Origin: Podarcis vaucheri
Lineage: Eukaryota
Strand: one strand, 5' to 3'
Length of the DNA: 64,000 bases
NCBI GenBank assembly: GCA_965113315.1
Contig: OZ220367.1
How positions within the stretch are numbered: position 1 is the first letter of the stretch; each line of letters begins with the position of its first letter. The translations under genes and the position numbers were made by a program. Positions 1 to 15,700 of this stretch are shown piece by piece. Below the pieces are notes generated by a model. The model had not been told where the DNA came from. It saw nothing but the letters and a program-made list of their open reading frames with translations, and ran no database searches.

Positions 1-634
1 GAAAAAGAAACTTTGAGAATCAAGCACATAGCTATATGTATTCACTGAAGCAAAATTCATTTTTAAAATCATCAGCCAAAGGGTGACCAAGTCCTTAAGT
101 TTCAGTTAAAAAGCCAATAGCAAAAATATATAACTTATATATATATATAACTAAGATCCAAACCTTGCTTACATAAGAACTTCCTTCAGATGCAAAATTT
201 ACGAGATAAAATGGCCTAAAAAGTGGCTTCTTACAAAACTATATATCCAATATGTTATGATGACAATCTTAAGACAGGAACATCTCTCTGTACTTGACGG
301 GTAGGTGTGATTTGCTTCAAATGGCCAAATACAGAAGCCTAATTGGGCCTAATTAGCTCCATGTACCAGAAGTGCCACACCCCAAATCTATACTATTCAC
401 GACACTCACAATTTTTCTAAAGGCTTGTTCGCACAGTGGTTAAACTGTCCCAAGCATAGCAGCCAGATAGGTCCCATGAGTAATGCATTTCCTGGTGGTG
501 ATATGCACCACCAGCCTCATTTGAACACAGGGATAGTTACTTCTAAACATGATAAGGCTGAGTGAGTAATAACAGTGTTGGGGCGTATATTGGGCACTCT
601 CATTTTTTTCATAAATGATTAAAAAACATCTTAC

Positions 635-702
635 CTGTGGCAGTGGTGGAGCTGGTGCCAGGTTTACATCATTCTGAGATGGAAATTCTCCCACAACAGG
701 GC
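635..702 (-). CDS. IDE: IDE exon 24 ([22 protein letters not shown])
   Basis: 68 nt, acag|...CAG|gtaag. Confidence 0.95.
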
Positions 703-3700
703 CTGTTTAAAGCAACAACAACAGTTCATAAACCTCTAGGAAAACACCTACTTTTATACACAGATATTAAACAGACCATTAAAAGCAAAGGGTTGAACTG
801 CTTTTCGTACTGCTTGAAAATCTGCACACTTGCAAACTTTTCTCACATTTGTTATTCTCCAGGACTCTGGAGAGTGAATATACTCCCGCTGATCCACTAG
901 AGGTCATAACCATCCTTTGCAAAAGATTCTGTTTGTTCTACCAAGTGTTTTTCTGTGCAAACTTGAGGGAAGATAATTTGGAAACAAAGAAAGGCACTCA
1001 GTACTTACAGGAATCCATTTCCCGTGCTAGTACATGCACGGATACTTTGTGCCTTCTTTGAGCATCAACTGACAACATCTCCTACAGAAAGACAGAGGAA
1101 AGAAAGATGAGAATCGGTTATTCCAACAAAAGCACAGGAACATTTGCACTGCAGACCAAAGTGTGCAAGAAAGTCTGCTAGCCTGGAGCAGATATGCCTG
1201 ACCCAAGCAGGACACTTTATCCAAGTAGGGTGGAATGTCCAAAAAGGAAGAGAAATATGTAGCCTATGCACACTGTGATATGCAGCCAACTGCTGCTTCT
1301 TATGCTGTCATATACAATCTCAAGTCACTCTTTTGCAAACATGAAAACACCTGTTCAGTGTTAAACAGAACTGACCTACTGGGCCCCTCCCTGATCCGGA
1401 GCAGGGCTGGCTTGTCAATATTTCAGTTATGCCAGTGAGTCCACCCCATTAACTCACCCTGGCTGTTACATAGTGCTTGTGGCCTGCCCAAGAAAACCTC
1501 AAATTCTGCCAAAATCTCTTCCACATACTGTGGAAGGTAAATAAAATTAATGATAAAATAGGTGCACTTACTAGAGATGAGAGCCATTTTTGAATAATCT
1601 AGAAACACCAGCAATACTTAAGAGCAATATTAAAATATATGGCAAGAGTAAGCAATTCAAAGTCAATCTAGCTGTCAGTTGCTCAAATCTTTTAAAAGCT
1701 TCATTAACAGAATTAGCTGGGGAGTAAATCAATTGCCTTCCGCAACTGTAATCAAATAATTTAACTACAATGCACTTATATCAATAATTAACATTTTCTT
1801 AATCGGCCGTAATGACAAGTCTACTGAAAACCATGATGCAATGCACAGTCAAGTTCTATTAGCACTGACTTGAACACAATGAGCATTCATAATTAAAAGT
1901 AACCAAAGTGGTTCTAGAAAAAGCATCTCCATTCCAAAGTTGGGGGGGGGGCAGTTAATGGCAAGCTCCTTACACAGTTATTTTTTTAAGAGAGGCTTCA
2001 ATTCCAAAATATTTTTTAATTTACTTTTTTAGATGGCAGGAAGAAGTTTGCCTCACTTCAAAGAAGCTGCCTTATAATCTGTTCAACAGAAATTATGCAC
2101 AGTGTTTTTTCCCTTTCTTGCATCCCTTCTTGCAGTGTGTGTGTGTGTGTGTGTACACATGCAAAAGCTGGACAGATGCAGTGATGGGGGAATGAATGGA
2201 CTGGGGGTATGGATGGAGGAATATGGTGTGGGGGCATGTGCATAAGGGGTGGATTGATAGGAGGGAGCATGGCTATCATCTTGGATATCCTCATAACTGA
2301 CACTGAAAGCACATCTTCTACCTCTTGATTACAGTCTGCAACCATGCATTTTAACTGCACACCGAGCAGCTGTGTGTGACAGACAGGATAAGGATTCAGA
2401 GCTCTCTCCTAATCCACTCTGCTATTTGAAAACAGGGACCCAAAGGGATGTGCACTGCCCTTATATGCTGCCTCTTTCAGCTGCCGGTACTTCATGCTCT
2501 GCAACCATTGGGGCATGGAAGGAAATACCCTTTTGTATGGTTTCTAGCCTGGGGGAGGGTTCATTAGTGGGGCTTCTACTGCTGAAGAGTCATGTGCTTC
2601 CTTGTCCACCTCCACCTTGTTCTGTTGTACTACTCCCAAAACCAATACTAGCATATATGTAACATGTATTCTGCTTAGGATATTCAAACCAAAGATCCAA
2701 AAAGCATGCATGAATTTGTCTGAGTCACTTCAAAACTGTAATGACCACACCTTTTTAAATAAGCATCAGCTATTAAAGGGGCGAAATTAGTTCATCTGAA
2801 CTTGAACCAACAGTCCTGGAATATGTTTAACGTATTCATTTTTACCTGCCTTGCAAGCTGCACACATTGCACCCTTACTTGTTACTGCCACCTGGTCGTA
2901 CTGCTTTCTTCCACTGGCAGTTTGGAGGGGATAAGCAAAATGTTTTGCAAGTGCGCTACTGCTTTAGCACTGTGCCTTTTGGCATTGTTTAGCTTTCTGT
3001 GTTTCTTGCAAGTTGTGGGCATTGTGACTTGATGGTTACACACCTCTCTTAGCATGCACAGATTGCCTCTCTCTGTGTCCATGTGGCATGTGAGTGTTGT
3101 TGCAGTCTTGCCCCTGATTTGGGGAGGTTATTCCAGGGACACTGGGAGCTTGACTGCTGTTGATATTGTAAGAGCGGCCCTATTGGATCAGACCAAAGGC
3201 CTAGCTTGTGCAGCATTCTGCTCTCACAATGGCCAAGCCAATGGATATGGGAAGCCCACAAGGAGGACAGGAAAACAATAACACTATTATCTTTTGTAGT
3301 GTTCCTGTTGTATTTTCTCCTCGTCTCTTCCAAGCTGGGCTTGAGTTAGACCAGAGGTTTTCAACCTTTTTGGGTCCATGGCTCCCTTGACCAACAATAT
3401 TTTTTCTGTGGTACCCCGTGGGCCTCTTGAGCTCAGCTATGTCATCCCCTGCCTGCAGAGCTACCAGCCCCTCACCCCTTTTCAAACACCCTCCCTTGTG
3501 GAGTGTTCCCTCAGCCTCCTCTCTTTTCCTCGCTCCTTGGGAATCCTCTGGGTAGCTGCCGCCCCTGGTCTCTGAGCTGCCCCCCCCAAAAAAGAGTTGC
3601 CTCCTTCCACTGCCCCACAGGGGCCTGGGAAGCACCCCCTGGCCAGCCCCAGAGACACCATTCACCTGGGGAGCTCGTAGCCAGGGCTGCTGCAACAAAC

Positions 3701-6700
3701 AGTTGTGCAAGCCTTTGGGAGGCAGAGATGCAAGAGGGTATCAGAGGTGGAAGGGAAGGAAAGAAGGAGAGACAGAGGCCAGTGTTGTCCATGGCACCCG
3801 TGACCATCATTCAAGCCACCCCAGGGTGCCACGGCCCACTGGTTGAGAACCACCAAGTTGGACTATAGGACTCCTCTGCTATGTACTTGTATTGCAATAA
3901 GCAGCTGCTCAATCAGGCAATATTATTAATTTTCCAAAATCACCAATTACTGTTATACATACAGAGCTGATTGCAAGGTTCAAAAACCCTATAACTCCTT
4001 AAATGCAGCACACAAACAGTTCAGGTGCTATACGTAACAATGACAATAGTAGCTGCCGAGATGTCCCCAAGGACAACGTGTGCTTTGTAGAATCTGGCTA
4101 AAGAACAACAACAAAAATAGTTGTTCTTCCCCACCCCCATCTACTTTAAAAAGCTTTTAGAATATAGTGTCACAATTTTAACCCAACCAGATATATATAA
4201 TTGTTCCTGTAAAGAGCTTTGGCTTGTCCAAGCAAAAAAGAAGAGAAAAACTATCATTTACATGTTTGAATTATGCTGACAGTATGCACAGAATTAAGTT
4301 AGCAAGCATTCTGATGAGTGACTAGGGAATAATTGGGGAACAACATTTTTACCCTGGTTAAAAGAATGTGGAATAAAATAAAAAACCAGAAGAATACTCA
4401 CAGGCTCTATTGTCATGTTCATAGCACACAGCAACAGTTTAACATCTGGTATATGTATGTACTCCATTTAGATAAAAGTTGTGATGTTTATCAAGTTCTC
4501 AAACTGTTATTAATATATTCCCTTAAATTTTACACAATTTTACAATCAGAAGCTAAACTAATCAGAAATATTATGATCAGCTTACCTTATAAAAGTGCAT
4601 AATATCATCCTTAGTAAGAGTTTTGAGATATGCCACTTCAATGTTATCTGGATGACAAAGATTATAATTAATACAATTAAGAAATTTACACTTCCTTCAA
4701 ACCACAACACCTCAGCATATTGTAATTATTATTATTATTTATTGAATTTATGTACCGCCCTATACCCGAAATATGCCTGTCACTGAAAATATTGCTACTC
4801 TGAAGGATCAGGACATTTTCTGAAGCCTGTGCACATGTGACATTCCATGTCCTTAGCTATGATTAATGGATCAGGAGTATCTGCATCAAGCATCATATGT
4901 TCTTAGACTGATGCAAAGGAGCACTGGAATTTCTAGAATGCAAATCCCTCATCACATAATCGATTATAAGAATACATGCCAGGCAGCTTTCAAAAATGGA
5001 ATGTGGTCTAGATGGGGCAAAGAAATAGATAATACCACAGAAATAGCTAATAATAATTTAATTTTAAAAAAAAATTATTTGTACCCCACCCATCTGACCA
5101 GGTCACCCCGGCTATGTGCAGTATCCCAGCATTGTGACTTTGACACTAATTAATCTTCTAAGTGTATTCCAGAACTAAATATTATTATTTTATCATGCAT
5201 GGTGGGTACACTTTAGATGGTCTGAATTGTTACTTTTGTTAAGCTTTCATCCAAAAAAAATTACATTTCCAGCTTGGGAGTGCTTCTTACCTCTGTCAAA
5301 GTTATATTGCTGGGAAATAATTTCGCCCCAGTATTTTGCACACTCAGCAGACAGTTTCTTTGGTTTGTCAAGGCGACGAATTGCTAAAGCCTGGATGTGC
5401 TTCTGGAAGGCTTCATCAGACATGTCCTCTATACTCTTCTCCATGGTTTTTAAAAAAGCTTCAACCCTGCTCTCCAAGTAGTGTGGAGGTTTTTCTGACT
5501 GGATGATAAATCGTAGTCCTTGGATACCATTTGCCCGCCGTGGACCACTGAACACAATGTAACCTTGAAAAAAACCAAATAATTCATTCTATTAGACTAA
5601 CTAAATAAATAATTAAAAAAGACAGAAGGGGTTTGTATTTCTGCCCTTGAATTCTGGCCAAATTCTAACATGACCATTAGTGCCTTAAATGGCCTTACAT
5701 CAAGTGAATAGATGATATAACTATCGTAACTAATCTCAGGTTTTAGCTTTCGTGCAAGCTAATGGAGGGATCTCACATTATGCATTTTGACCATGAAGAA
5801 AACAGCATATATATTAAAATTGTATAAATCACTTTCATGATTCTCCTGTATCTCTTTGAAACAGTGATTTCATTGATTTGTCACTGAGCACAAAGGGCTC
5901 CAAACCAGCAATAAGATTCCACAGCCATCACATGGACAGCACATTACATTGAACTATAGTGGCTGAAGTATACAATCCAAATTCTGCTCACTATAACAAT
6001 ATTTAGGTGATCTATGAAGACAGGCAAGCTATTATTTACCTAACTGTTCTTTAGTGCGCAGGGTATTGAAGCAAGGCTCTGAGATGATTTGACAGAAGAG
6101 CTCCAAAAACATATTCTCTGAGGTGCTTTGCATATCTGTTTGATAATATATTTCAATGCCACAATTGTTATGAACCTCGTTCCTCTGTTGATAGACGAAC
6201 CAACCTCCTAAAAAAACATGAAAATGATGCAAAGGGTCATTTTGAAAGATGGTCAAGCAGGGAACCATCCATACTCTCTATGCGATGTACACTAGTTTAG
6301 AGAAGAAAATATAAGTACTCTATATAAACACAATCTGGAAGCCTAGGACTGAGATGAATTACCGTTCTTTTTGCTCTATAAGACTCACTTTTTCCTTCCT
6401 AAAAGTAAGGGGAAATGTATGTGCATCTTATGGAGTGAATGCAGGCTGCGCAGCTATCCCAGAAGCCAGAACAGCAAGAGGGATTGCTGATTTCACTGTG
6501 CAGCAATCCCTCTTGCTGTTCTGGCTTCTGAGATTCAGAATATTTTTTTTCTTGTTTTCCTCCTCCAAAAACTAGGTGCATCTTGTCATCTGGTGCATCT
6601 TATAGAACGAAAAATACGGTACTTTTTCTAGTCATGGTTTCTTTGTTCCATGAGCAAAGAACTTCAGCTTATATTATAATCAGGTGCATAATTACCCCAA

Positions 6701-9700
6701 ACAATGCCAGTGAGTGGTTTGGTAAACAGTAGTTCTCGTTTCCACATTAGCAACTAGCCCCAAAATGGTGCACGATCTGCCCATGATGCACCTCTACACA
6801 TTGCTATCCATTTTTCTACTCTGCAGTGCTTAACTCTTTGTACGCTGTGAATAAATTCAGGATATATATTTGAAAGTCAAATACTGAGACTTGAGTGATT
6901 TCATTTGTATAGTAATTCTGCACTCTATTCAGTGAGGAAGACCTTTTCCTCCAAAACTAACACAGAGATTCACAACACCGACCTACATTATTGTTGCCAA
7001 AATAATATATCATTTTGGCGTTGATTTTGAAATATTTGCCATGCAGTACTGAAAGCAAGTCACTTTCCAAAAACAAATCAAGAAATTTCATCCTGACTTA
7101 CTGCAAATGCAAGCACCATGAACCTCAGCTTTATATGTTTTATAGCTTATGTCCCAATGGACAACTTACTGTCAGGCAGCTGTACTTCTCTATACCTTAC
7201 AAGCTGGCTCGGAAGCAGAGGTTTTGTATGAGCATGCTCAATGAGAGTGTCTTCAATCATTTGCATAATTCCTAATGCAGCCTGGAAGAGAAGAAATTCA
7301 TTGGAGATTTTATTCATCTCCTGGCAATTGTCCATGTGGTAGCACACAGAAGGATAACGGGTATTACGGAAAATGGCGAAATTAGAAAGGAAAAGGAGAT
7401 GACTAATTGCAGCAGATGCAAGCATTAGGAATGCAAAGCCAAGTTGGTACGTGTGACAGCTATGAAGCACACAAAACTGAAAGGCTGAATCTTTGCTTCT
7501 ACATTATGTTTTAAATACTTTTAGAAAACAAGATCAACTTTTTTAAAAAAATAAATAAATGCACATTTTATATGCAATGGCTGTGCCCTACATCTTAGCA
7601 CACAAGGCTGAATTGTTTTTTCCTCCCTGCCACCCCTCTTCATTTACAGAAAATATGTCAACTCATTGCTACTTTGATGTCCACAGCCAGCAGCTGCTGT
7701 ATCATCCCCACATTACTCTTGTCTCCTACTCTTCTGCATTTAGTTTCTGAAAGTTTAGTGAAACCACACAATTCCTTAGTTCCCCCTTCATTTCCTACTT
7801 TATGCATTGATTAAGGTCCAAGTCCATGGTCCTCTTAAGCCTGTAACTATGAGAGACGTGTATGCATCATGGGGCTAAAACAATACAGCTGCACAAACAG
7901 CAAAAATGCCTTTGCCAAGCCAATGCTATAAAACCCTTTGACCATCTCCAGAGAGGAGTCTTACTTTCTGGAGTTGATATCAAAATCACTATGCATTGAA
8001 GTACCAAATAAAACCTTACGATAATGAGTAACACATCTACAAAAAAACAAACCAAGTCACTCTAGGGAAAGCCTTTATAGAGGAAACAAACTCATCAAGA
8101 TGTATTGAAATTAAATCCAAAATAATAAAGGCTGTTAAAAGCTAACTGTGCTTATAGAGATGCAAAACTCCAAAGCCTTTTTGAAAGATATGCAACTTCA
8201 AAATGAAAACTACAAGGCTGGGTCAACTGATCTGAACTCAAGAAAATCTCATTTAAAATGTGCTTTAAAATTCAAATTCAGTAAGCCAAAACCTTTTGGG
8301 TTCTAACTTCACAGAAAATAACCTTGCATAGAAAAGACAACATTTAAAAATGCTAAACCAGGGTGTGGTTTGATTAAATTAATAATGTCAAGGAAAGCCA
8401 CTTCCTCTTCCATGAAACCAAATATCCAGGTATGGTAGATGTCATTGTTCACTGCGCAGTTCACTATCTGGGGAGACTCAAATAGTTTTTACTAGTCCTT
8501 AATGGCTCATGCGGGAGGACTTTGAGACCTTGCCCTTTTGGTTTGCCTTAAGTCAAATTATTTTACCATTACTATGGCATTAAGGGTTATTTTAAGATGC
8601 TCAGAAATAAGTGAGCTGGACATGCTCATTCACTGTTGTCTTTTAACATAAAATATATACAGTTTCTACAGATAGAGAACCTTAAAGTTTTTTCTACAAA
8701 CATGGCTGTTGGTACCTTCCTCGTACTTATTTTATCCAACCAATATACGCAATACAGAGCTGTCACACTTAGTGCAAATATGTAAGACCCTAGTCTCATT
8801 TTACAGGTAGGTATGGAAGCAAACTAGCTCTATAATTTCATCAAAAGTACCATTAACATCGCTACATTAAATTCCTTTGCTAAGATGATATTCAAACATC
8901 TCACAAAGCTGTACCAGGCAATCTTATACTATAACATTAAAGTCACAATGTCTATTATTTCCAGCTCACAGACTGCCATTTAACATTAGCCACTGACTTC
9001 ATTCTAAATACATGCTCTTGGTTCAAATTATATGCCTCTTTGAGAACTTAAGTGTGTGGATCTAGCATTCAATTTTACAGCCTTATTTCATCACTGAAGC
9101 AGACTGCGCAGATACCATGAAGTATAAACTGCCTGAAAGCTCATTCCAATACATGTTGGAATGCCAGTCCCTTGAACCTTCAAGTAGTTTTGCTTGATTT
9201 TAAGAAATCACTTAACAGGGTCAGTTACTTATCTGGGACAAAAAGGAAGCATCACACAGCCAAACAGTTCAATCTTGAATGTGAAAAGTAAGCTTAAAGA
9301 GACATCACAGATATGATTGTGCACCTGTACTGTCCCCAAGATATGTAATAAGAAACAGAAACCTAAGTCTGGGATACAGCATTGTGAAGATTTCATTTCA
9401 AATAGATGTCACAGCCTTTCTGTGTTATTTTATACTCATTTGTCTAGTTAAAGACACCCACAGAACAATATTGGACAAGCAAACCTGTAAGACTCACTGA
9501 CAGAAAAGCTTATGAAGATTTAAAAAGCAAGCATGGATCAAAAGATAGAGAAACTTAAGTAAACCCTTGATTTTACGTACAATTATCAGTATAAATCTGC
9601 TTCTGGTGAAAAATGTATCAAACCAACCTGTTTTGTTATATTGCCATGGAGAAGTGCTTCAATGTGTAACCGTGACAACAGCTGAGAAATAAAGGCCTTG

Positions 9701-12700
9701 AGACGGGGAAGGGTGACATCTACAATAGATATTTAGACGTTTAAAATCAATCACATTTTCCATTTCGAAAAACAAGGCCTATATCATCCTAAAATCCAAT
9801 ACATGTCTTAGAAGATGACAAAGAAAATTATAATAATCAACAAAAGTCAGTGGGAGTTTTCTTCACAAATATTCAGGTTTGGGAAAGTTTCCAGGACAAA
9901 ATTGCAGTGCTCACTGCGTAGTTTGCCTTGCTTAGAATTCACATGTTATTTGACCCAGATTCCAACACAGAAAAGAAAAGAGAAAGGCAGACAGACAGAC
10001 TATGCTGCACTGCAGTTAGGCTAAACAGACATCCAGCCTCAAAAATAGTAACAGTCATTCAGGTGGTGGCTGAAGATAAAGCTTAAGCTGTTAACTACAT
10101 AAAAGAACATGTAGTTTATCATTCCCCATCATCTTGACAGCAATTATTTCTGAATGGCAGTTTCAGAGATTGGTGGTTATTCTGAAATTAATTAAACTTT
10201 TCATAGATATGTATGGTAGGATTAATGCCTTTAGCTACAGGCACATCCAAATACCCACTGAAACACATGTGAGTGTAGATGAATATAAATGGTGAATACA
10301 AGTTTAAGTGCCACCAGAGTGGATTGTGGCAATCAACCTTAGAAACTAAACAATCAGCATAACCTAGATTTCACACCTCCACTCCCTTGTAGAAGTGTAC
10401 AAAGGGAAAGATGGGAAACTTACATAGGGGTCAGGGGGTGAGGAGGGAATATTGGAAAGAAATTTCTTCCTCCTGCCTGTCTACAGCCAGGCATACGGAT
10501 CACTAGTAAATAGATGCTGTGTAAATAAGATCTCTGATATCACTGATGGTAAGGTAGAGAACATATGAATGCTGTATTTGGGGTTGTTCCTGAGGCTGCA
10601 GCTACCGCAGAATGATTATGCTGGCTGTTACTCAGGCAGGCAAGAAGCGATCATATTGCAACAAATTCTGCACTGACTGATGGTTATGGGATCCAAGTAT
10701 TTAAAGGAGCACCTCCCCTGATAACTCCCAGCCCAGTCTATGTGGAGGAAGTCCTGCTTGGGTGCTGCTGGAGGGCGAGGCCCGTGGGGTGGTGAAGTGG
10801 AGCAAGGTCTTCTTAATGAGATTATATTAAGAAGACTGAGATTATATTGTCCGGACGGTGCTGATGTTTCAGTGTCACTTAAAGACAGTGCTGCATCCAA
10901 TGAAGTTGTCCCATTACTGCAAGGACAACAGAGGGGGACAGCAGAGGAGGGCTCTTGTCTTCATGTCCTGCTTGGGAGCATCTCCAATGGCATATAGATG
11001 GCCACTGCTGCAAACAGAATGCTAAACTAGAAGGATGTTTGATTTAACCCATTTAGTCTACATCTGGCCCTGAAGATGGGAATGGGGACTAGGTTGGATT
11101 GGATAGTGATTTCCCCTTTGCTTCATTCTCTGCTGCTGTCATTAGAATCACTCATGAGTTTGTGTTGGCCCAGTTCATTTGTCTGATAACAGACATGGGC
11201 TTTTAAGTGGAGCAGCGTGAGCCCTGAGTGAGCTATGTGGCTGCAAACTGGAGTGAGTGAATTAAATATCTCCTGCCCCATGCAATGTTCCTGAACAAAG
11301 TGGAGCAAATTGTACGAGTCTGGCTGAGAGTATAAAACAAATATTACTGTGCTTCCCTTTGTCTTGAAAGAGACTGAGTGTTTACACAGTTCACAGACTT
11401 AAAATGACGGAGGTTGAGCTTGCCAACCTGGAAAAGCACCAACTATGCTTAGTGATCAGATGAGTGGCAGTGCCTGTACCTTTCTCCAATGTTCTGATTT
11501 TCCCTAGATTCAAAGAAAATTGATGAGCTAGAACAGCTGCATCTCTGGACTTTTAAAAGGTAACAGGGAAACAGGACTTGAGAGTGGAAGAAAGGAATGG
11601 CATTCAGCATGCTGGGGTTCTGAAAAGTATTTGGAAATCTCATCTGAAAACAGGAATATTCAATGTACTGACCTCTAGGTGTTTTGCACTACAATTCACA
11701 TCATTCCTGAACACTGACTATATTGGCTGGGGCTAATGGGAGTTAAGAGTCAAACACGGGGGGGGGGGGCGGCACAATATTGGCAACCCCTCTCCTAAGA
11801 CTATCAAACAGAATTTTAGAACTGCACAACTGCAACTGTAAAAAATAAGAGGCAACTTATATATCCATGGGTCATACTGCATAACCACTTCTTCCACAGG
11901 AATATGGAATTAATTTCTTAAAGTGTTTTTATGCTGTCCAGATCCCAGAATTTAAAAGGCACCCTTTAAGGGCAGATTGTTGGAACTAAATGAAGCCCCA
12001 GTTAGGGGGATTAAGCTCTTGAAATCTGTCTGCACCAAAACTGTGGGACTTTTCTGTGAGGGACTTCAAACTTCACATCTGAGCATACTTTTGGAAGCTT
12101 ACAATCTTCTTGGATTGACTAGTTATTGCTGGTGGATAATTTTAAACTAGATATATTTTAGAGAAAGATATTTTGATGATTATGTTAAGCTTCTTCACAA
12201 TGGACTTATTTTAAATGCTTAAAGCTTTGTTATTTTAATATTCCCTCTGTAACAAATGTGGTTTTGGTTATCATTAAGGATTATTTAAATTCTAAATTTA
12301 GATCTTAAAAACCTAGAACATGACAATAAGGTTTTAAAAGGTTTTCTCACCACCACTAAGTCAATCTAAATTACTAAAAATCTCCATACCCTCCATAGAA
12401 CAGTTGTATGAAGGCATATACTATTTAAGACGGAGATGAAATTAAAATACTTTGCTCAAAGTTCAGTTGAGATAAAAAATGCTTGACTAAGAAACAACAA
12501 TTTAAAAATCAAAACAAGTAAAAATACACATTAGAGAGAAAAGATGTAATTAAAATGGGCAAAATATATAAACTGGCAGCAGCTCACCGTCTAAAGCTTC
12601 TTTTAATTCATCTTTGGTCCAGGCAACTTCCGTCATCAGTAGTCGGAGGTAATACATGGCATGCTGGTGTGGCTGTTCAGCTCGGAAGTTATTAAGCGAT

Positions 12701-15700
12701 CGCATGTACTAACAAGGTTAAAATAAAATAATGGTTAAGAAATGAAGATTTGCGATGAACGTTGCCTGATTTTTTGATGTTCTATATTCAAATTATATGG
12801 TCAGATAAAAGAAATAAATGCCCTTCAAGATGGGCAGGGCTCCCTCTTAACTGAGATCTCATATCATAGTTTGAAGCTGGATGGCAAATCATTATTCATC
12901 CATGATTAAAAGGTTACCCTGACTAGCATTCATCAACCAATACTGGGGCCAATAAAACACATCAGGAATTTGCCTGTAATTGATGAGCAGCTGGCAGGTG
13001 GAGGAGAAGAAGCATGGGATCCTGTGGTCTGTTCCTAATCTCTGAACCAGCACTAAGGGATGGGAAACAGCATATATGTGCTGGCGAGAGGAAGAGAACT
13101 ACAGAAAGATAGAGTCATAGCTGAAAAAGCCCTCACTAAATTTAATTGACTTAAATCTTATGGATGACTACTCTGAAGTCACATTATTTTCAAATGGAGC
13201 TTACTCTCAGGCAAGTGTGCAAATGACGACAGTCCAAGTGTGGCACCAATCATTGCAGTCTTATACCTTTCTGCAGGCATATGTACATTCCCTACACATT
13301 GTTCATAACTTGTTTGAACTTTTAGGCTCTGTACACCCCCTCCTGCCTTCAAGGAATGAAATATTGCATGTATGGTGTCTTCCACTGCTTGATAGCCTGG
13401 GCTGCTTGATATTCTGATTTATAAGGATCAAAGTCAAGTTCAAGATGGCTTACCGCCTCCTTGATAATTTCAAATCTTTTTTCATCAATCTCAAAGGTAG
13501 CCATTTTCTCAACAATCTTCTTGAGCAGGATATGCTGCTTGTCATTGTAACCTTTTACGGAAAGCTATAGGAAAAGGATATATAAGCTGTTATGTGTTTG
13601 AAATATTCTGTTTTCTATAATTCTAGATTGTCCATCAAAGCAGTAAACAGCAACTTCTTAACACTGGGAAGCATTCTCCCTTATTTCACCAGAAATACTA
13701 AGGTTTGCCCTTTACTACATGGAAGTCTATGTGTGATATTATTACTGTGTTACTTTTTCCCAGGGCTTAACATCTTCTATTACAATTGCAAAGCAAAATT
13801 ATAGTGGAAAACAAGTATTGTTCCATGCTGCAAAGCAATGCTTCAAATGTCAGGTAATAGAAAACGGAATGAAATGTTGTTGCTCTTTCCCAGGATTAAA
13901 ATCAGAAAAGCAATATGCTAATTGGAATGAAAAGAGTAGTTTATCATTCTTTTTCCAAATGAAGAATAAAAGTATCCTAGGAACCCAAATCTAGAAAAGA
14001 ATATAGGAAAGAAAAACTTCTGTTCCATAGTTAATAAAGCAGAAGAGTCCATTATATACTGATTTTTAAGAAGTAGGGACTTTCAAATGTTTAAGACATC
14101 AAGATGACAGGTTCATAAAATCATTGCATAACTCGGTTGACCACCATACACACAAGGCTGTATTGAACGCAGTGCCAACTGGGTGCTGCTTGTGCAATGT
14201 GACTTCAGTTTCCTCTCCCTTTCCTGCCCCCCCAACATGCTAAACAGGCTTCTCCACCCTTCTGGAGCTTACTCTGAAGGTGTATAGGGAGCTAGAGGGG
14301 ACAGGAGAAGAAGAAAAAAGAGGATTTGCAGGTACTGATGACTAGCAGCATCTGCAAAGCTCCTTGTGCATATAAAAGATAAAACCTTTGTTTTAGCAAC
14401 ATCTTGCTGCCTGCAAGATGCACCGACTCACCTGTCATTTGTGATGTCTGTTATGTGGGAGACTCTGCCAACCTTGCAAACTAAGCCTCTGAGGCAGATC
14501 CTAATAAGGATCTGGCCTATGAAGTCAAAAGGGCTCCCCAACCCCTGTGCTACATGATGAAAGAATTTAGAATGGACTTGACTCATATTGACTAGATCCC
14601 AGGTTGCAGTCTGAAAACATAACACCTTGGCAACCTTGCTGGTGCTAAATAGGTCTGATCAGATGAGAGGCTGCTGAACAACACTTTGTACACCACACCG
14701 AGTTCCATGATGGAAAAAATGGCAAGCTACAAATGTAAATAAGCAAAAATACTATAAAACTGTGCTGTTTTCCCCCAGCCAATTTTAGCACTGAAACCAG
14801 TACATTAAAAAGCATGCTTTTTAGCAGCCCCATGTTTCGTCAGATAAAGAAAATGTATGACCTATGCAGAGATTACTGGAGTCTTAAAAGTAAGTGCAAT
14901 GTTTTGGGAAAGTTTAGGGAAGAAATAGTCATGTACTAGAGATCACTTTTTAATGTACTCATTTGTTATATAAGGACCCTGTTTCACAAGTCATATTGAA
15001 CCTGAAATGCAGTCTTCTCATACCAATAATGCAGTTAGTAATATTTAGTAAATTGCATGTCTTATGAAGGTGGTTCTGGCACACAAAAGCTCATGCTGCA
15101 ATAAATGTATTAGTCTTCAAGATGCCCTGCAGTACTTTGGTGGTGGCTGGGGTTTTTTATTTTTTAAGTATACATTAGGATCTAAATGACTGAAAGCCAG
15201 CAGAACTCCATGTTTAACTAAAAACATAGCAACTCTTTCAAGGTTACTAGACTATACAAATGAGTAAGAAATGCAGATCAGTAATGCATCAGCACACTTC
15301 TCAGTCATAAAAAAACCAATCCAATCATGGCCAAACCATTCAATAAATGGTTATAAAACTGCACAAGTCTCACGCCCTTATGATAGGGATGCAAAGGAGG
15401 ACAAAACCAGTAGCCATTTTTTCAAGCAGCACTCAACTCTCACGCCATCTAAATTTTGCTTGTTCACCCNNNNNNNNNNNNNNNNNNNNNNNNNNNNNNN
15501 NNNNNNNNNNNNNNNNNNNNNNNNNNNNNNNNNNNNNNNNNNNNNNNNNNNNNNNNNNNNNNNNNNNNNNNNNNNNNNNNNNNNNNNNNNNNNNNNNNNN
15601 NNNNNNNNNNNNNNNNNNNNNNNNNNNNNNNNNACTAACAAAAAAGAAAAACAAAACAAAAGGATGCTTTGATACTTCAAGGAGCGACACGGTAATGGAT

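Noticed and set aside
1-634. Search for the final IDE exon (PEVI...AAKL-like)
   Set aside because: No matching sequence seen; it must lie left of the window.
2058-2360. 100-aa Pro/His-rich minus-strand ORF in IDE intron 22
   Set aside because: Non-ATG start, runs through a GT microsatellite, no recognisable homology.
3201-3868. Cluster of ORFs up to 169 aa
   Set aside because: Coincides with the GC-rich hAT MITE; no transposase motifs.
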